From the NCBI GenBank assembly GCA_035703635.1, contig DASSXV010000087.1, positions 1 through 64,000 on the forward strand: a stretch of 64,000 bases of DNA, read 5' to 3'. The position numbers were made by a program, and so were the translations under genes. Below, piece by piece: positions 22,837 through 32,699 of this stretch (positions are counted from its first letter, which is position 1; each line of letters starts with the position of its first letter). The notes beneath the pieces were generated by a model. It ran no database searches, was not told the origin of the DNA, and saw only the letters and a list, made by a program, of their open reading frames with translations. The stretch is from Trueperaceae bacterium. GTDB lineage: Bacteria; Deinococcota; Deinococci; Deinococcales; Trueperaceae.

Positions 22837-23225
22837 GCGAACGCGCCCGCCAACTGCCTGCATACTTCGGCCGTCTCGCGCCTGACCGCACCCAGATCTG
22901 CCGAGGCACCGACGACCACGAACACGAACAGCTCGCTATCGATGCGGCGCGCCAAGTAGCCGCCCGCCTCACCGAGCGCTATCAACTCATCTACCCGCCC
23001 GCCAAGCTGGTGACTCAACTCACCGCCGACGAGGGTAAGCACCGACGTGAGGTCCGCCGCGACGTGCTCGAGCTCGTCTGCGTCTGGCGCGGAGCGGAGC
23101 TCGGCCGCTTGGCCATCCACTGGGTGGCGCTCGACGAGGAGCCCGTCCATGCCCACGACGGCCACGACGCGGCAGCCGGGGAGCTGCGCCCAGAGCCGGG
23201 CGAGAATGTCCTCTAGGTCCGTCAT
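22833..23225 (-). CDS. Roadblock/LC7 (MglB-like) protein
   Basis: VVAVVGMDGLLVE, ADLGAVR; TAGAGT -10 hexamer 7 nt before ATG. Confidence 0.75.
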   Translation of the reverse strand: MTDLEDILARLWAQLPGCRVVAVVGMDGLLVERHPVDGQAAELRSAPDADELEHVAADLTSVLTLVGGELSHQLGGRVDELIALGEAGGYLARRIDSELFVFVVVGASADLGAVRRETAEVCRQLAGAFA

Positions 23226-23300
23226 CGGCGGCACTCTAGCACCCGCGTCTGCCCCGTGACGTGCGGCTGTTCATACCCCAGGCTTGCTATCCTTGGGCCA

Positions 23301-24020
23301 ATGACTCAACTACATGTGCGCGCGCCTGCCGGGGTGGTCGCCCCCACCGTGCTACTACCCGGCGACCCCGACCGCGCCACCCTGGTGGCGGAGCGCTTCC
23401 TCGAGGGCGCCGAACTCTACAACTCCTATCGTCACCTCTACGGCTACACGGGCACCTACAAGGGTGTGCGCGTCAGCGTCCAGGCTACCGGCATGGGTTG
23501 CCCCAGCCTCGCCATCGTGGTCGAGGAGCTCGTACGCCTCGGCGCCAAAACGCTCGTGCGCATCGGCACTAGCGGCGTGGTGGCTGACGGCATCGTGCCT
23601 GGCGACCTGATCGTCGCCAGCGGCAGCGTCGCGAACGAAGGAACGACGCGCCAGTACCTCGGCGCGGAGCCCTACACCGCCGTGCCGGACTTCGCTGTAA
23701 CGGCGGCGCTGGTGGCGGCCTCGCGGCGACTGCGCCCCAACACCCACGTGGGCCTCATCCAAACTGAGGACGCGTTCTACGCCTCCTCACCCGCCTCCGT
23801 GCCCGCGCTTGCCGCCAAGGGCGTGCTCGCCCTCGAGATGGAGGCGTCCGCTCTCTTCCTACTCGGCAAACTGCGCCAGGTGCGAACGGGCTGCATGCTC
23901 GTGGCAAGCAACCGCATCGGCGACGCCGCCTTCGTCGAACCGAAAGTCTTGGATGACGCCGTGCTGGACATGATAGAGGCTACCCTCAACGCCAGTGTTA
24001 GCCTCCAGGACGACAACTAG
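23301..24020 (+). CDS. deoD: DeoD-type purine nucleoside phosphorylase
   Basis: LLPGDPDRA, TGMGCPS, RIGTSG, EDAFY, EMEASALF. Confidence 0.88.
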   Translation: MTQLHVRAPAGVVAPTVLLPGDPDRATLVAERFLEGAELYNSYRHLYGYTGTYKGVRVSVQATGMGCPSLAIVVEELVRLGAKTLVRIGTSGVVADGIVPGDLIVASGSVANEGTTRQYLGAEPYTAVPDFAVTAALVAASRRLRPNTHVGLIQTEDAFYASSPASVPALAAKGVLALEMEASALFLLGKLRQVRTGCMLVASNRIGDAAFVEPKVLDDAVLDMIEATLNASVSLQDDN

Positions 24021-24042
24021 TGCAAACCGAGAGGAGACAGCA

Positions 24043-24882
24043 ATGAAGGTAGCGGTCATCGGGGCGGGCACCATGGGGTCCGGCATCGCGCAGACCTGCG
24101 CATTGGCGGGGCACGAGGTCGCGCTCCTCGACACCAGCCACGAGGCACTCAAGCGCGCAGAAGGCGCCATGAGTAACAGCCTCGCGCGGATGGCGAAGAA
24201 GGAGACCATCAGCCAAGAAGCCGCGGAAGAAGCTCTCAAGCGCGTCACCATCCGCCACGGCATCAGTGGCTTGGAGGGCGCAGGAGTTGTCATCGAGGCC
24301 GTCTTCGAGTCGCTCGAGGTCAAGCGCGAGGTTTGGAGTCAACTCGCGGCGGTCACCTCGGATGGAGCACTGCTCGCGTCGAACACCTCCAGCCTCTCAG
24401 TCACCGCCATCGCCGAGTTCAGCGGGCGGCCGGAGCGCTTCTGCGGCATGCACTTCTTCAACCCCGTGCCCGTCATGGCCCTCGTCGAGGTCGTGCGCGG
24501 CCTGCGCTCGAGCGAGGAGACCGTCGAGCAAGCGCGCGCCTTCGCCGAAGGCATCGGCAAGACGCCCATCGTGTGCGAGGACAAGCCGGGCTTCATCGTC
24601 AACCGCCTCCTCGTCCCCTACATCAACGACGCCGTCCACGCCCTCTCAGAGGGAGTAGCGAACGCGGAAGACATCGACAAGGCCATGAAGCTAGGCGCCA
24701 ACATGCCCATCGGGCCGCTCGCGCTTGCTGACCTGGTAGGGCTCGACGTCTGCTTGGCGGCCGCCGAGTCGCTTGTGGCAGAGTTCGGCGACCCGAAGTT
24801 CCGCGTGGCGCCCCTCATCCGCCAACTAGTGCGGGCGGGGAAACTCGGGCGCAAGACGGGCGAGGGCTTCTACAGCTACTGA
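24043..24882 (+). CDS. 3-hydroxybutyryl-CoA dehydrogenase
   Basis: GAGTMGSGIA, ASNTSSL, GMHFFNPVP, PGFIVNR, LGRKTGEGFY; GAGGAG RBS. Confidence 0.93.
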   Translation: MKVAVIGAGTMGSGIAQTCALAGHEVALLDTSHEALKRAEGAMSNSLARMAKKETISQEAAEEALKRVTIRHGISGLEGAGVVIEAVFESLEVKREVWSQLAAVTSDGALLASNTSSLSVTAIAEFSGRPERFCGMHFFNPVPVMALVEVVRGLRSSEETVEQARAFAEGIGKTPIVCEDKPGFIVNRLLVPYINDAVHALSEGVANAEDIDKAMKLGANMPIGPLALADLVGLDVCLAAAESLVAEFGDPKFRVAPLIRQLVRAGKLGRKTGEGFYSY

Positions 24883-24934
24883 CGCTACCCATGCTTTCGC
24901 GAGGCCCTAGCTGCCCGCGGCGGAGAGGCACACC

Positions 24935-25759
24935 ATGACCGACGAGCACGGCAACGACCTGAACGATCAGGAGTTCGAGTTCGACTCATTCACCCACCTG
25001 CGCTACGAGGTAGACGGCGAAGTAGCCATCATCACCGTCGACCGCCAGGAGGCGCTGAACGCCCTCAACCAAGAGGTGCTCTTCGAGTTGGGTTTGGCCT
25101 TCGACCTGGCCTCTTCAGACACCGACGTACGTGCGCTTGTCCTCACGGGTGCCGGCCGGGCGTTCGTGGCTGGCGCGGACATCGCGGCGCTCCGCGACCT
25201 CAGTGACGCCTTCGCCGGCCGCGAAACCGCCCTCGGTGGGCAGGACGTCGCCAACTCGCTCGCCGTTCTCCCGTTCCCGACGGTCGCGGCCATAAACGGC
25301 TTCGCGCTAGGTGGTGGGCTCGAGCTGGCGTTGGCAGCCGACTTGCGCGTCGCCGCCACAGGCGCGCGCATGGGACTACCGGAGGTCGGGCTTGGGTTGA
25401 TACCTGGCTTCGGCGGCACGCAGCGCCTCCCGCGCCTGATCGGGCAGGGGCGCGCGCTCGACCTCATCCTTACTGGCAGGCACGTAACGGCCGAAGAGGC
25501 GCTGCAACTGGGCCTCGTCAACCGCGTGGCGGACGACGCCCTCGCCGAGGCGGTCGCGCTCGCGCGCCTGGCGGCGAAGAACGCCCCGATCGCGCTTGGC
25601 CTCGCGAAGGAGGCCGTCGTGCGCGGCCTCGACGTCACGTTGCAGCAGGGCCTCGAGATCGAGGCGGACCTCTTCGGCCTCGTCTCGACCACGGCTGACA
25701 TGCGCGAGGGCACGACCGCCTTCCTCGAGAAGCGCGCGGCCGAGTGGTCAGACAGCTAG
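24935..25759 (+). CDS. Enoyl-CoA hydratase (crotonase family)
   Basis: AFVAGADI, GFALGGGLELAL, PEVGLGLIPGFGGTQRL. Confidence 0.93.
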   Translation: MTDEHGNDLNDQEFEFDSFTHLRYEVDGEVAIITVDRQEALNALNQEVLFELGLAFDLASSDTDVRALVLTGAGRAFVAGADIAALRDLSDAFAGRETALGGQDVANSLAVLPFPTVAAINGFALGGGLELALAADLRVAATGARMGLPEVGLGLIPGFGGTQRLPRLIGQGRALDLILTGRHVTAEEALQLGLVNRVADDALAEAVALARLAAKNAPIALGLAKEAVVRGLDVTLQQGLEIEADLFGLVSTTADMREGTTAFLEKRAAEWSDS

Positions 25760-25807
25760 GCTTGACCGCGAACGAAGCCTAACGGCATGCCCCGCGTAAC
25801 ATGGGGC

Positions 25808-26821
25808 ATGCCGTTTCGCATAAAAGTCTCGCTCGCCATCATCGCGTTGCTGGTGGCGACGGTAGTGTTCGTGCCGCTCATCGTGCCGATCTCCCCGCCG
25901 CAGGGCACGGTTCCCCTCGCGGAGGCGGTCGCCAAGGTCGCGCGGTCAGATGCGGAGTTGGTCGCCGCGGACGGGGTCGAACTCTACGTCGTGCGCACCC
26001 CATACAGCGGCGAGGGCGACGCGCCGCTAACGTTCCTCCTCCTCCACGGTTACGCCTCCAACGCGTTCTCTTTCGACGCCATCAGGCATGGCCTGGCCGC
26101 GTACGGGGACGTGGTGGCCTTCGACCGGCCAGGCTTCGGCCTCGCCTCGCGACCCGCTCCAGCCGACTTTCATGGGGCAGAGAACCCGTACAGCCAGGAC
26201 GCGCAAGTTGCTCAGACGTTAGCGCTCGCAACTAGGCTCGGGCTGCATGACCTCGTGCTGGTAGGTGAGAACTCTGGCGGCGTGCTGGCGCTTGAACTAG
26301 CGGTCCGTCACCCAGAGCTGTTGTCTGGCCTCGTGCTGATCGGCACCCCCGCCTACCTCCTCAGCCAAGGCGGAGGCGCACCGAAGTGGGTGCTCGCCAC
26401 GCCGCAACTGCAGCGCATTGGGCCCGTCCTCATGCGGCAGTTGGCTGGCCAACCAGGTGAGCAGATGTACACGGGCACTTGGTACGAGCCAGCAGGCATG
26501 ACGGACGCTCAGCGCGCCGCCCGCATGCTCGGCACGACCGTCGACGGCTGGGACCAAGCGTTGTGGCAGGTAACGCTGGCCGGCACTCCGGCCAGCCTCG
26601 AAGGGCGCGTCGCGCAGGTCAGCGCGCCGACGCTCGTGCTGGCGGGTGCGGCCGCAGGCAGCGTTCCACTCACTGAGGCCGAGCGCCTGATGCAGGAACT
26701 TCCGCATGCCACGCTTCAGCAGCTAGCTGCCTGCGGGGACCTGCCGCAAGAGGAGTGCCCTGAACAGTTCTTGGACGCGACGGCTGCTTGGCTCCAGTCA
26801 AGCGGCTTGAGCACGCGGTAG
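25808..26821 (+). CDS. Membrane-anchored alpha/beta-hydrolase-fold protein with altered catalytic residues
   Basis: LLHGY, FDRPGFG; nucleophile elbow reads GENSGG; His motif reads CGDLPQEE; TAACAT -10 hexamer before ATG. Confidence 0.8.
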   Translation: MPFRIKVSLAIIALLVATVVFVPLIVPISPPQGTVPLAEAVAKVARSDAELVAADGVELYVVRTPYSGEGDAPLTFLLLHGYASNAFSFDAIRHGLAAYGDVVAFDRPGFGLASRPAPADFHGAENPYSQDAQVAQTLALATRLGLHDLVLVGENSGGVLALELAVRHPELLSGLVLIGTPAYLLSQGGGAPKWVLATPQLQRIGPVLMRQLAGQPGEQMYTGTWYEPAGMTDAQRAARMLGTTVDGWDQALWQVTLAGTPASLEGRVAQVSAPTLVLAGAAAGSVPLTEAERLMQELPHATLQQLAACGDLPQEECPEQFLDATAAWLQSSGLSTR

Positions 26822-26831
26822 ACTCCTCGTC

Positions 26832-27887
26832 ATGGAGCTACTAAAACGACTTTCAGAGGCGCACGGCGTACCGGGGCGCGAGGAGCAGATCCGTGCCATC
26901 ATCAGGGCCGAGCTGGCTGGCCTAGTCGACGAAGTGTCCGTCGACGCCCTCGGCAACCTGACGGCCATCAAGCGCAGCGGCAAGGCGAACGCACCGAAGG
27001 TCATGGTCGCGGCCCACATGGACGAGATCGGTTTCCTCGTGCGGCACATCGACGACAAGGGCTTCCTTCGCGTGCAGCAACTCGGAGGTTTCGACCCGCG
27101 CAACCTGTTCGCTCGCCAAGTCATCGTGCACGCTTCCAAGGCGGACGGGCAGCTCCTCGGCGTCATGAACCCAGCGGGCAAGCCCATCCACATCAGCACG
27201 GCGGAAGAGCGCACCAAAGTGCCGACCCTCGACCAGTTCTACGTCGACCTCGGCATGACCGGTGAGCAGGTCAAGGCCAAGGTGCGCGTAGGTGACATGG
27301 TCACGCTGCGGCAGGAGTTCCTTGACCTTGGTGACGTCGTCACCGGCAAGGCCCTCGACGACCGCACGGGCTGCTGGATCCTCATCCAGGCCATCAAGCG
27401 CCTGCAGGGCACGAGCATGAACACCGACCTCTACGCCGTCTTCACCACGCAGGAGGAGGTCGGCCTTCGCGGTGCGCAGACCGGCGCCTTCAGCGTCGAG
27501 CCGGACGTCGGCATCGCGCTCGACACGACGCTGGCAGTCGACACCCCCGAGATCGGCGAGCACCTACGAGTAACGCAGCTCGGCAACGGCACGGCCCTCA
27601 AGGTGATGGACTCGAGCATCATCAGCACGCGCTGGTTGCTCGATCACTTCATCGACTTGGCGGAGCGCCACGGTATCGTCTACCAACTTGAGGTCCTACC
27701 CCTCGGCGGCAACGACGCCGCCGCGCTCCAGAAGAGCGGTGCTGGCGCGCCGTCGTTCACCATCTCGACGCCGTCGCGTTACGTGCACACGGTCACCGAG
27801 ATGGTCTCCAAGTCAGACCTTGAGGGGGCGGTCAAGCTCCTCACCGCCTTCGTGCAAGAGGGCGTCGAGCTCGGTGGCCGCGACTGA
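26832..27887 (+). CDS. M42-family aminopeptidase
   Basis: AAHMDEIG, KALDDR, QEEVGLRGA, RYVHT. Confidence 0.93.
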   Translation: MELLKRLSEAHGVPGREEQIRAIIRAELAGLVDEVSVDALGNLTAIKRSGKANAPKVMVAAHMDEIGFLVRHIDDKGFLRVQQLGGFDPRNLFARQVIVHASKADGQLLGVMNPAGKPIHISTAEERTKVPTLDQFYVDLGMTGEQVKAKVRVGDMVTLRQEFLDLGDVVTGKALDDRTGCWILIQAIKRLQGTSMNTDLYAVFTTQEEVGLRGAQTGAFSVEPDVGIALDTTLAVDTPEIGEHLRVTQLGNGTALKVMDSSIISTRWLLDHFIDLAERHGIVYQLEVLPLGGNDAAALQKSGAGAPSFTISTPSRYVHTVTEMVSKSDLEGAVKLLTAFVQEGVELGGRD

Positions 27888-27903
27888 CCACCGCTCGTCA
27901 AGT

Positions 27904-27949
27904 GTCGCCCTGACGCGCTCGCGCGTGTCGGGGCGACGCGCGAGCGCGT
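27904..27949. repeat. Overlapping inverted repeats (14-bp perfect stem and alternative 11-bp stem)
   Basis: ACGCGCTCGCGCGT/ACGCGCGAGCGCGT (27913-27926, 27936-27949); GTCGCCCTGAC/GTCGGGGCGAC (27904-27914, 27927-27937). Confidence 0.6.
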
Positions 27950-27977
27950 GCCGACCCACTTCTGGGGCGTCGGCGCG

Positions 27978-28724
27978 GTGAACATCGGCCTCATCAGCGA
28001 CGTTCACGCGAACGTCATCGCCCTGGAGGCCGCCATAGCGGCCATGAAGCGGCGCAACGTAGACACTATCGTCTGCCTCGGCGATCTCGTCGGTTACGGT
28101 CCCGCACCTAACGAAGCCATCGACCTCGTCAGGTCAGAGGGTGTCATCTGCACACTCGGAGCATCCGACGAGCGCCTTGCTTACGGCTTCGTTTCTAGCG
28201 GTGAGCGGCGGCGCGGCGTTGCCGACGAGATCCTCGCCTGGACCAAGGGCGTTCTAGAACCTACCCACCTGCGGTTCCTTCAGAGCCTGCCAGTGCAGCG
28301 GCGCCTTAACACGCCGGCAGGCTGGCTGCGCTTCTTCCACGGCACGGTGAGCAACACGGCGGAACGACTGACCCTCAACCAGGACCCGCACTCGCTTGCG
28401 CGCATGCTCGAGCGGCACCGTTGCGCCATCCTCGCTTCGGGCGCAACGCACGTGCCGTTCTTCCGCCGCGTCGGCCCGAGCGGCGTGGTTATCAACCCAG
28501 GCTCAGTAGGGTTATCGCTCAACGGCGAGCCGGGCGCCGACTACGCGCTCCTGAACATCAGCGACGGTGGGATAGACATCGAGATGGACAAAGTCGAGTA
28601 CGACTTCGCGGCCGTTGCCTTCGACATCGTTGCGTGGGGCATCTCGCCGATGGTCGCTGAAGCCGTTCAGATGGGCCGCCTGCCCGAGAAGCTAGCCAAC
28701 GGTTTGGGAGACGGTCCAGCCTAA
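27978..28724 (+). CDS. Metallophosphoesterase family protein with degenerate motifs
   Basis: ISDVHAN, CLGDLVGYG, FHG, INPGSVG present; GNHD reads GASD and GHTH reads GATH. Confidence 0.85.
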   Translation: MNIGLISDVHANVIALEAAIAAMKRRNVDTIVCLGDLVGYGPAPNEAIDLVRSEGVICTLGASDERLAYGFVSSGERRRGVADEILAWTKGVLEPTHLRFLQSLPVQRRLNTPAGWLRFFHGTVSNTAERLTLNQDPHSLARMLERHRCAILASGATHVPFFRRVGPSGVVINPGSVGLSLNGEPGADYALLNISDGGIDIEMDKVEYDFAAVAFDIVAWGISPMVAEAVQMGRLPEKLANGLGDGPA

Positions 28725-28732
28725 ACGGCTTC

Positions 28733-29905
28733 TCACACTAGCTCCAAGCCCAAGGCCAACCCCTCGCCGCCGCCGATGCAGATGCTGGCAACGCCCCGCT
28801 TCTTGCCCTTCAGCTTGAGGGCGTTGAGGAGCGTTACGAGGATGCGCGCGCCTGACGCTCCGATCGGGTGCCCTAGCGCCACGGCGCCACCATGCACGTT
28901 CATCACGTCTGGGGAGATGCCGAACTCGTGCATCACGGCCATGGGCACGACGCTGAACGCCTCGTTAACCTCGTAAAGGTCGACGCTTTCGGGAGTCCAC
29001 CCCAAGCGAGCGTAGAGCTTGCGCATGGCTGCTACGGGCGCCACCGTGAACCACTCAGGTTCTAGCGCTGCCCCGGCCCAGCCGTGCAGGTGAGCAAGCA
29101 CGGGCATGTCGCGCGCGGCGGCGGTCTCCTCGGAGGTGATCACGAGCGCGGCGGCACCGTCGTTGATGGTGCTCGCGTTCGCCGCGGTTATCGTCCCGCT
29201 GCCCTCGAACGCGGGTCTCAGCTTGATCATCTTCTCGAAGTCGACTTGGCTAGGGCCCTCGTCGCGTTCGACGGTGACGCTACCGCGGCGCCCAGCTACT
29301 TCGACAGGCACGATCTCGGCCGCGAACGTGCCGTCCTCGCTCGCGACTTGCGCGCGCAGGTAGGAGCGCTTGGCGTACTCGTCCTGCGCCTCGCGGCTGA
29401 AGGAGTACTTGGTGGCGCACAGCTCGGCGCACGACCCCATGTGCTTGTCGCCGTAGGCGTCCCACAGGCCGTCGTGCACCATGGAATCCACGAACTTCGC
29501 GTCTCCGAGGCGTAAGCCTGCGCGGGCGCCAGGGGCGAGGTAGGGGGCGTTCGTCATGGACTCCATGCCGCCAGCCACGACGACTTCCGCGTCGCCTGCC
29601 AAGATGGCGCGGCCGGCCTGGATGACGGCCTCGAGCCCCGACCCGCACATCTTATTGAGGGTAACGGCCTCGGTGGCGTGGGCGAGGCCAGCGTAGAGCG
29701 CGGCTTGCCGCCCCGGCGCTTGACCCTGACCTGCTTGCAGTACGTTGCCGACGAGTGCGAGGTCGACGCCGTCCTGGGCAACGCCCGCGCGCGCGACGGC
29801 CTCGCGGATGGCGGCGCCTCCGAGGCGCGCGGCAGGCACGTTAGCGAAGGCGCCCTGGAACGCGCCGATCGGCGTACGCACTGCACTCGAGATGACCAGC
29901 TTCAT
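28733..29905 (-). CDS. Acetyl-CoA C-acetyltransferase (thiolase)
   Basis: NKMCGSGL, GGMESM, NEAF, GHPIGASG, CIGGGEG. Confidence 0.95.
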   Translation of the reverse strand: MKLVISSAVRTPIGAFQGAFANVPAARLGGAAIREAVARAGVAQDGVDLALVGNVLQAGQGQAPGRQAALYAGLAHATEAVTLNKMCGSGLEAVIQAGRAILAGDAEVVVAGGMESMTNAPYLAPGARAGLRLGDAKFVDSMVHDGLWDAYGDKHMGSCAELCATKYSFSREAQDEYAKRSYLRAQVASEDGTFAAEIVPVEVAGRRGSVTVERDEGPSQVDFEKMIKLRPAFEGSGTITAANASTINDGAAALVITSEETAAARDMPVLAHLHGWAGAALEPEWFTVAPVAAMRKLYARLGWTPESVDLYEVNEAFSVVPMAVMHEFGISPDVMNVHGGAVALGHPIGASGARILVTLLNALKLKGKKRGVASICIGGGEGLALGLELV

Positions 29906-29979
29906 GGTGTTACCTCCGGCGGGCTAACCCGAAGCGGGCGCCCCAACTGATGCATAGGGTACAGGGCGCAACGTCTCGT

Positions 29980-30864
29980 TCACCGCCTGAACGAGACTTG
30001 GGCGGATACTCCGCCCCACTCGACACCGAGCGGGCTGTAGAGGTCGAAACCGGCAGGCAGCAGGATCACCCCAGCTACGGGTGAGTCCGGCGCCACGCTG
30101 TCGGCGGTACCCTCCTGCAGCAGTAGGCGGTACGGGTAGCGCACCTCGAGTTCACGGCTGCCTTGGGAGAAGCGCAGCGTGGCTTCCCAGGTGGTCGCCT
30201 CCGCCGCCACGAGCTGGAGCAGCAGCACGTTGTCGCTTGCTGCGCCGCTTAGCCAGGCCGCGTCAAGCGCGGCGTCGACCGCTGTCGTCAACTCGGGCCG
30301 CGCGAGCGGCAGTAGTGCAAGGTCGAGCAGGGTGAGGGCCACGGCGCCATCGTAGAAGCGCAATGCCGTCACCCCCGCGCCCAGCTCCGTTACCTCCCAA
30401 GCCGCGTCCGCGCTGGCGGCCAGGGCGGGTGGGGGCGCCCCTGGGAACGCCTCGTTGGCGAGCGCGACCTCGCTGCCGTTGGCTAGCCACAGCGCAGCGC
30501 CTGAGGCGCTCGGTTCCACGCCAAGGTACTCGAGGGCGTCGAGCGGCGCCCACCACTCGGCCCCGTACTGAATGACGGGAGCCGAGAACGAAACGTCGAT
30601 CGGTCCGCCTCCAGTTGGGCGCTGCATGAGTCCGGCGGTCGAACCTGCGAAGAACGTGACGACACCGAGCGCGCCGCGGAAAGTGAGCACGCCGTCCACT
30701 GCCGTTGCCACCGCGCCAGCTGCACGCGCCAAGTCGGTAAGTTCGGCATAGGCTGCGCCTGCGTGCCGCGCCGCTCGCACGCTCCTACCGCCTTGCGCCA
30801 CCACGCTTGCCGCTGGCAGCGCAAGGAGCAGCAAGGCAGCGATAATGCGGCGCTTGGATGGCAT
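29980..30864 (-). CDS. Hypothetical exported protein
   Basis: Signal-peptide-like N-terminus (KRRIIAALLLLALPAASVVAQ); TAGGCT -10 hexamer 7 nt upstream. Confidence 0.65.
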   Translation of the reverse strand: MPSKRRIIAALLLLALPAASVVAQGGRSVRAARHAGAAYAELTDLARAAGAVATAVDGVLTFRGALGVVTFFAGSTAGLMQRPTGGGPIDVSFSAPVIQYGAEWWAPLDALEYLGVEPSASGAALWLANGSEVALANEAFPGAPPPALAASADAAWEVTELGAGVTALRFYDGAVALTLLDLALLPLARPELTTAVDAALDAAWLSGAASDNVLLLQLVAAEATTWEATLRFSQGSRELEVRYPYRLLLQEGTADSVAPDSPVAGVILLPAGFDLYSPLGVEWGGVSAQVSFRR

Positions 30865-30966
30865 CGTGGCGAGCCTAGCATGTGGCGGCAAGGCGCTAGA
30901 ATGCCGTTATTCACGTCCGCTGCAGCATCTGTTGCACAGGAGCACCTGCGAGAGGAGCCCTAAACC

Positions 30967-32688
30967 ATAGAGAAGGTTCACGGCCGCACATCGGGCCTCA
31001 AGAGCAACCAACTGAAGCGCCTAAGCAACTTGTACCGCAGACGCGTGCCGCCAGAAGCGGCGGTAACGGTCGACTTGGCGCGTGCGCTTGGCGAGCTTAC
31101 CGATGAGTTCGGGCGCGGCGTCAGCCTGCTCATCGACCGCCGCGGCCGCGTAGTCACGGTCGCCGTCGGCGACGCGGCGGACACCCCCCTCCCGCCGATG
31201 CACGGCGAGGCTGAATCGCGCTTGTACGGCCTGCGCCTTGTACACACGCACGTCAAGCCAAGCGGCTTATCTGGCAGCGACCTCACTACCCTCTTCGTGA
31301 ACCGGCTAGACGCCATGGTGGCGCTCGAAGTCGGAGCCGCACGCGGCGCGGCCGCCGGCTTCACGGTCGGGCCCGCCCACCTGGCGTTCGTCGCGCCGGC
31401 GGGCAGCGACGAGGAGGACTGGTTGGTGGAGGCGCCGATGACGGTGCGGGAGTTGGAGGACCTCAACTTCCTCGAGCGCTTGCATGCCCTCGAAGAGGAG
31501 TTAGCGCGGGGCGCCGCCGTGCGCGAGGTTCACCGCACCAGCACGGAGCGCGCCGTACTCGTAGGCTTGGCTGGGCGCGAGGTGGCCGCCGAGACGGAAT
31601 CGCGGATGGCCGAACTAGCTGAGCTGGTCAGGAGCGCTGGCGCAGACGCGGTCGCCACCACCTTGCAACCCCGCGATAAGCCCGACACCCGCACGTTCGT
31701 CGGTGAAGGCAAGCTGCAGGAGATCATCGCTTTGGCTTTCCACGAGGACGCCGACTTGCTCGTGTTCGACCGCGAGCTTTCCCCCGCCCAGGCGCGCGAG
31801 ATCGAGGCGTTCACGAAGCTGAAGGTCCTCGACCGCACGCAGGTGATCCTCGACATCTTCGCGCAGAACGCTCGTGGCCGCGAGGCGCAGGTCCAAGTCG
31901 AGCTCGCGCAACTGCACTACCAACTACCGCGCCTGGCTGGGCGCGGCGTCGCCATGAGCCGACTGGGTGGCGGCATCGGCACGCGCGGCCCAGGCGAAAC
32001 GAAGCTCGAGGTCGACCGGCGCAAGATCCGCGACAGCATCACCAGCCTGGAGTTGGCGGTCGACGCCATCAGCCGGCGCCGCAGTGAAACGCGTAAGCAG
32101 CGCGTGCGAGGCACCACCCCGACCATCGCTCTGGTCGGCTACACGAACGCGGGAAAGTCGACGCTGTTCAACGCCCTCGCCAAGTCGGACGTGCTGGCGC
32201 GCGACAAGCTCTTCGCCACCCTGCGCCCGACGAGCCGCGAAGGCTGGCTACCCGACCTGGGGCCGCATGGCGGCAAGGTCGTGTTCACCGACACGGTCGG
32301 TTTCATCCGCGACCTCCCTGAGGAACTCATCAACGCCTTCCGCGCCACCCTTGAAGAGCTGCACGACGCCGACTTGCTACTGCACGTCGTCGACGGCGCC
32401 AGCCCCGGGGCGCCGGACCGCGTCGACGCCGTGACGCGCGTGCTCGAGGAACTCAAGCTGGAAGTGCCAAGTCAGGTCGTGCTCAACAAGCTCGACGCCG
32501 CCGACCCGCAAGTCGTCGAGGAGTTGGAGCGGCGCTACTCGGCAACAGCGGTGTCGGCCGTTACGGGCGCAGGGCTAACCGAGTTGCGCTCGAAGCTGGC
32601 CGCCACGCTGCTGGCTTCCGGCACCGTGGTTACGAGCCAGCCGTGGCAGCTGGAAGGAGCCAATGCCGACGGTAGCTGGGGTGACTAG
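30967..32688 (+). CDS. hflX: Ribosome-splitting GTPase HflX, long form, probable ATA start
   Basis: [35 protein letters not shown]-terminus [12 protein letters not shown] follows an in-frame TAA; AGGAG lies 9 nt before ATA 30967. Confidence 0.9.
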   Translation: MEKVHGRTSGLKSNQLKRLSNLYRRRVPPEAAVTVDLARALGELTDEFGRGVSLLIDRRGRVVTVAVGDAADTPLPPMHGEAESRLYGLRLVHTHVKPSGLSGSDLTTLFVNRLDAMVALEVGAARGAAAGFTVGPAHLAFVAPAGSDEEDWLVEAPMTVRELEDLNFLERLHALEEELARGAAVREVHRTSTERAVLVGLAGREVAAETESRMAELAELVRSAGADAVATTLQPRDKPDTRTFVGEGKLQEIIALAFHEDADLLVFDRELSPAQAREIEAFTKLKVLDRTQVILDIFAQNARGREAQVQVELAQLHYQLPRLAGRGVAMSRLGGGIGTRGPGETKLEVDRRKIRDSITSLELAVDAISRRRSETRKQRVRGTTPTIALVGYTNAGKSTLFNALAKSDVLARDKLFATLRPTSREGWLPDLGPHGGKVVFTDTVGFIRDLPEELINAFRATLEELHDADLLLHVVDGASPGAPDRVDAVTRVLEELKLEVPSQVVLNKLDAADPQVVEELERRYSATAVSAVTGAGLTELRSKLAATLLASGTVVTSQPWQLEGANADGSWGD

Positions 32689-32699
32689 TAGCATGAGGC

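Noticed and set aside
30901-30963. 20-codon leader peptide upstream of hflX
   Set aside because: Its ATG overlaps the likely -10 hexamer (TAGAAT 30897-30902), so it is probably not in the transcript; no attenuator seen.
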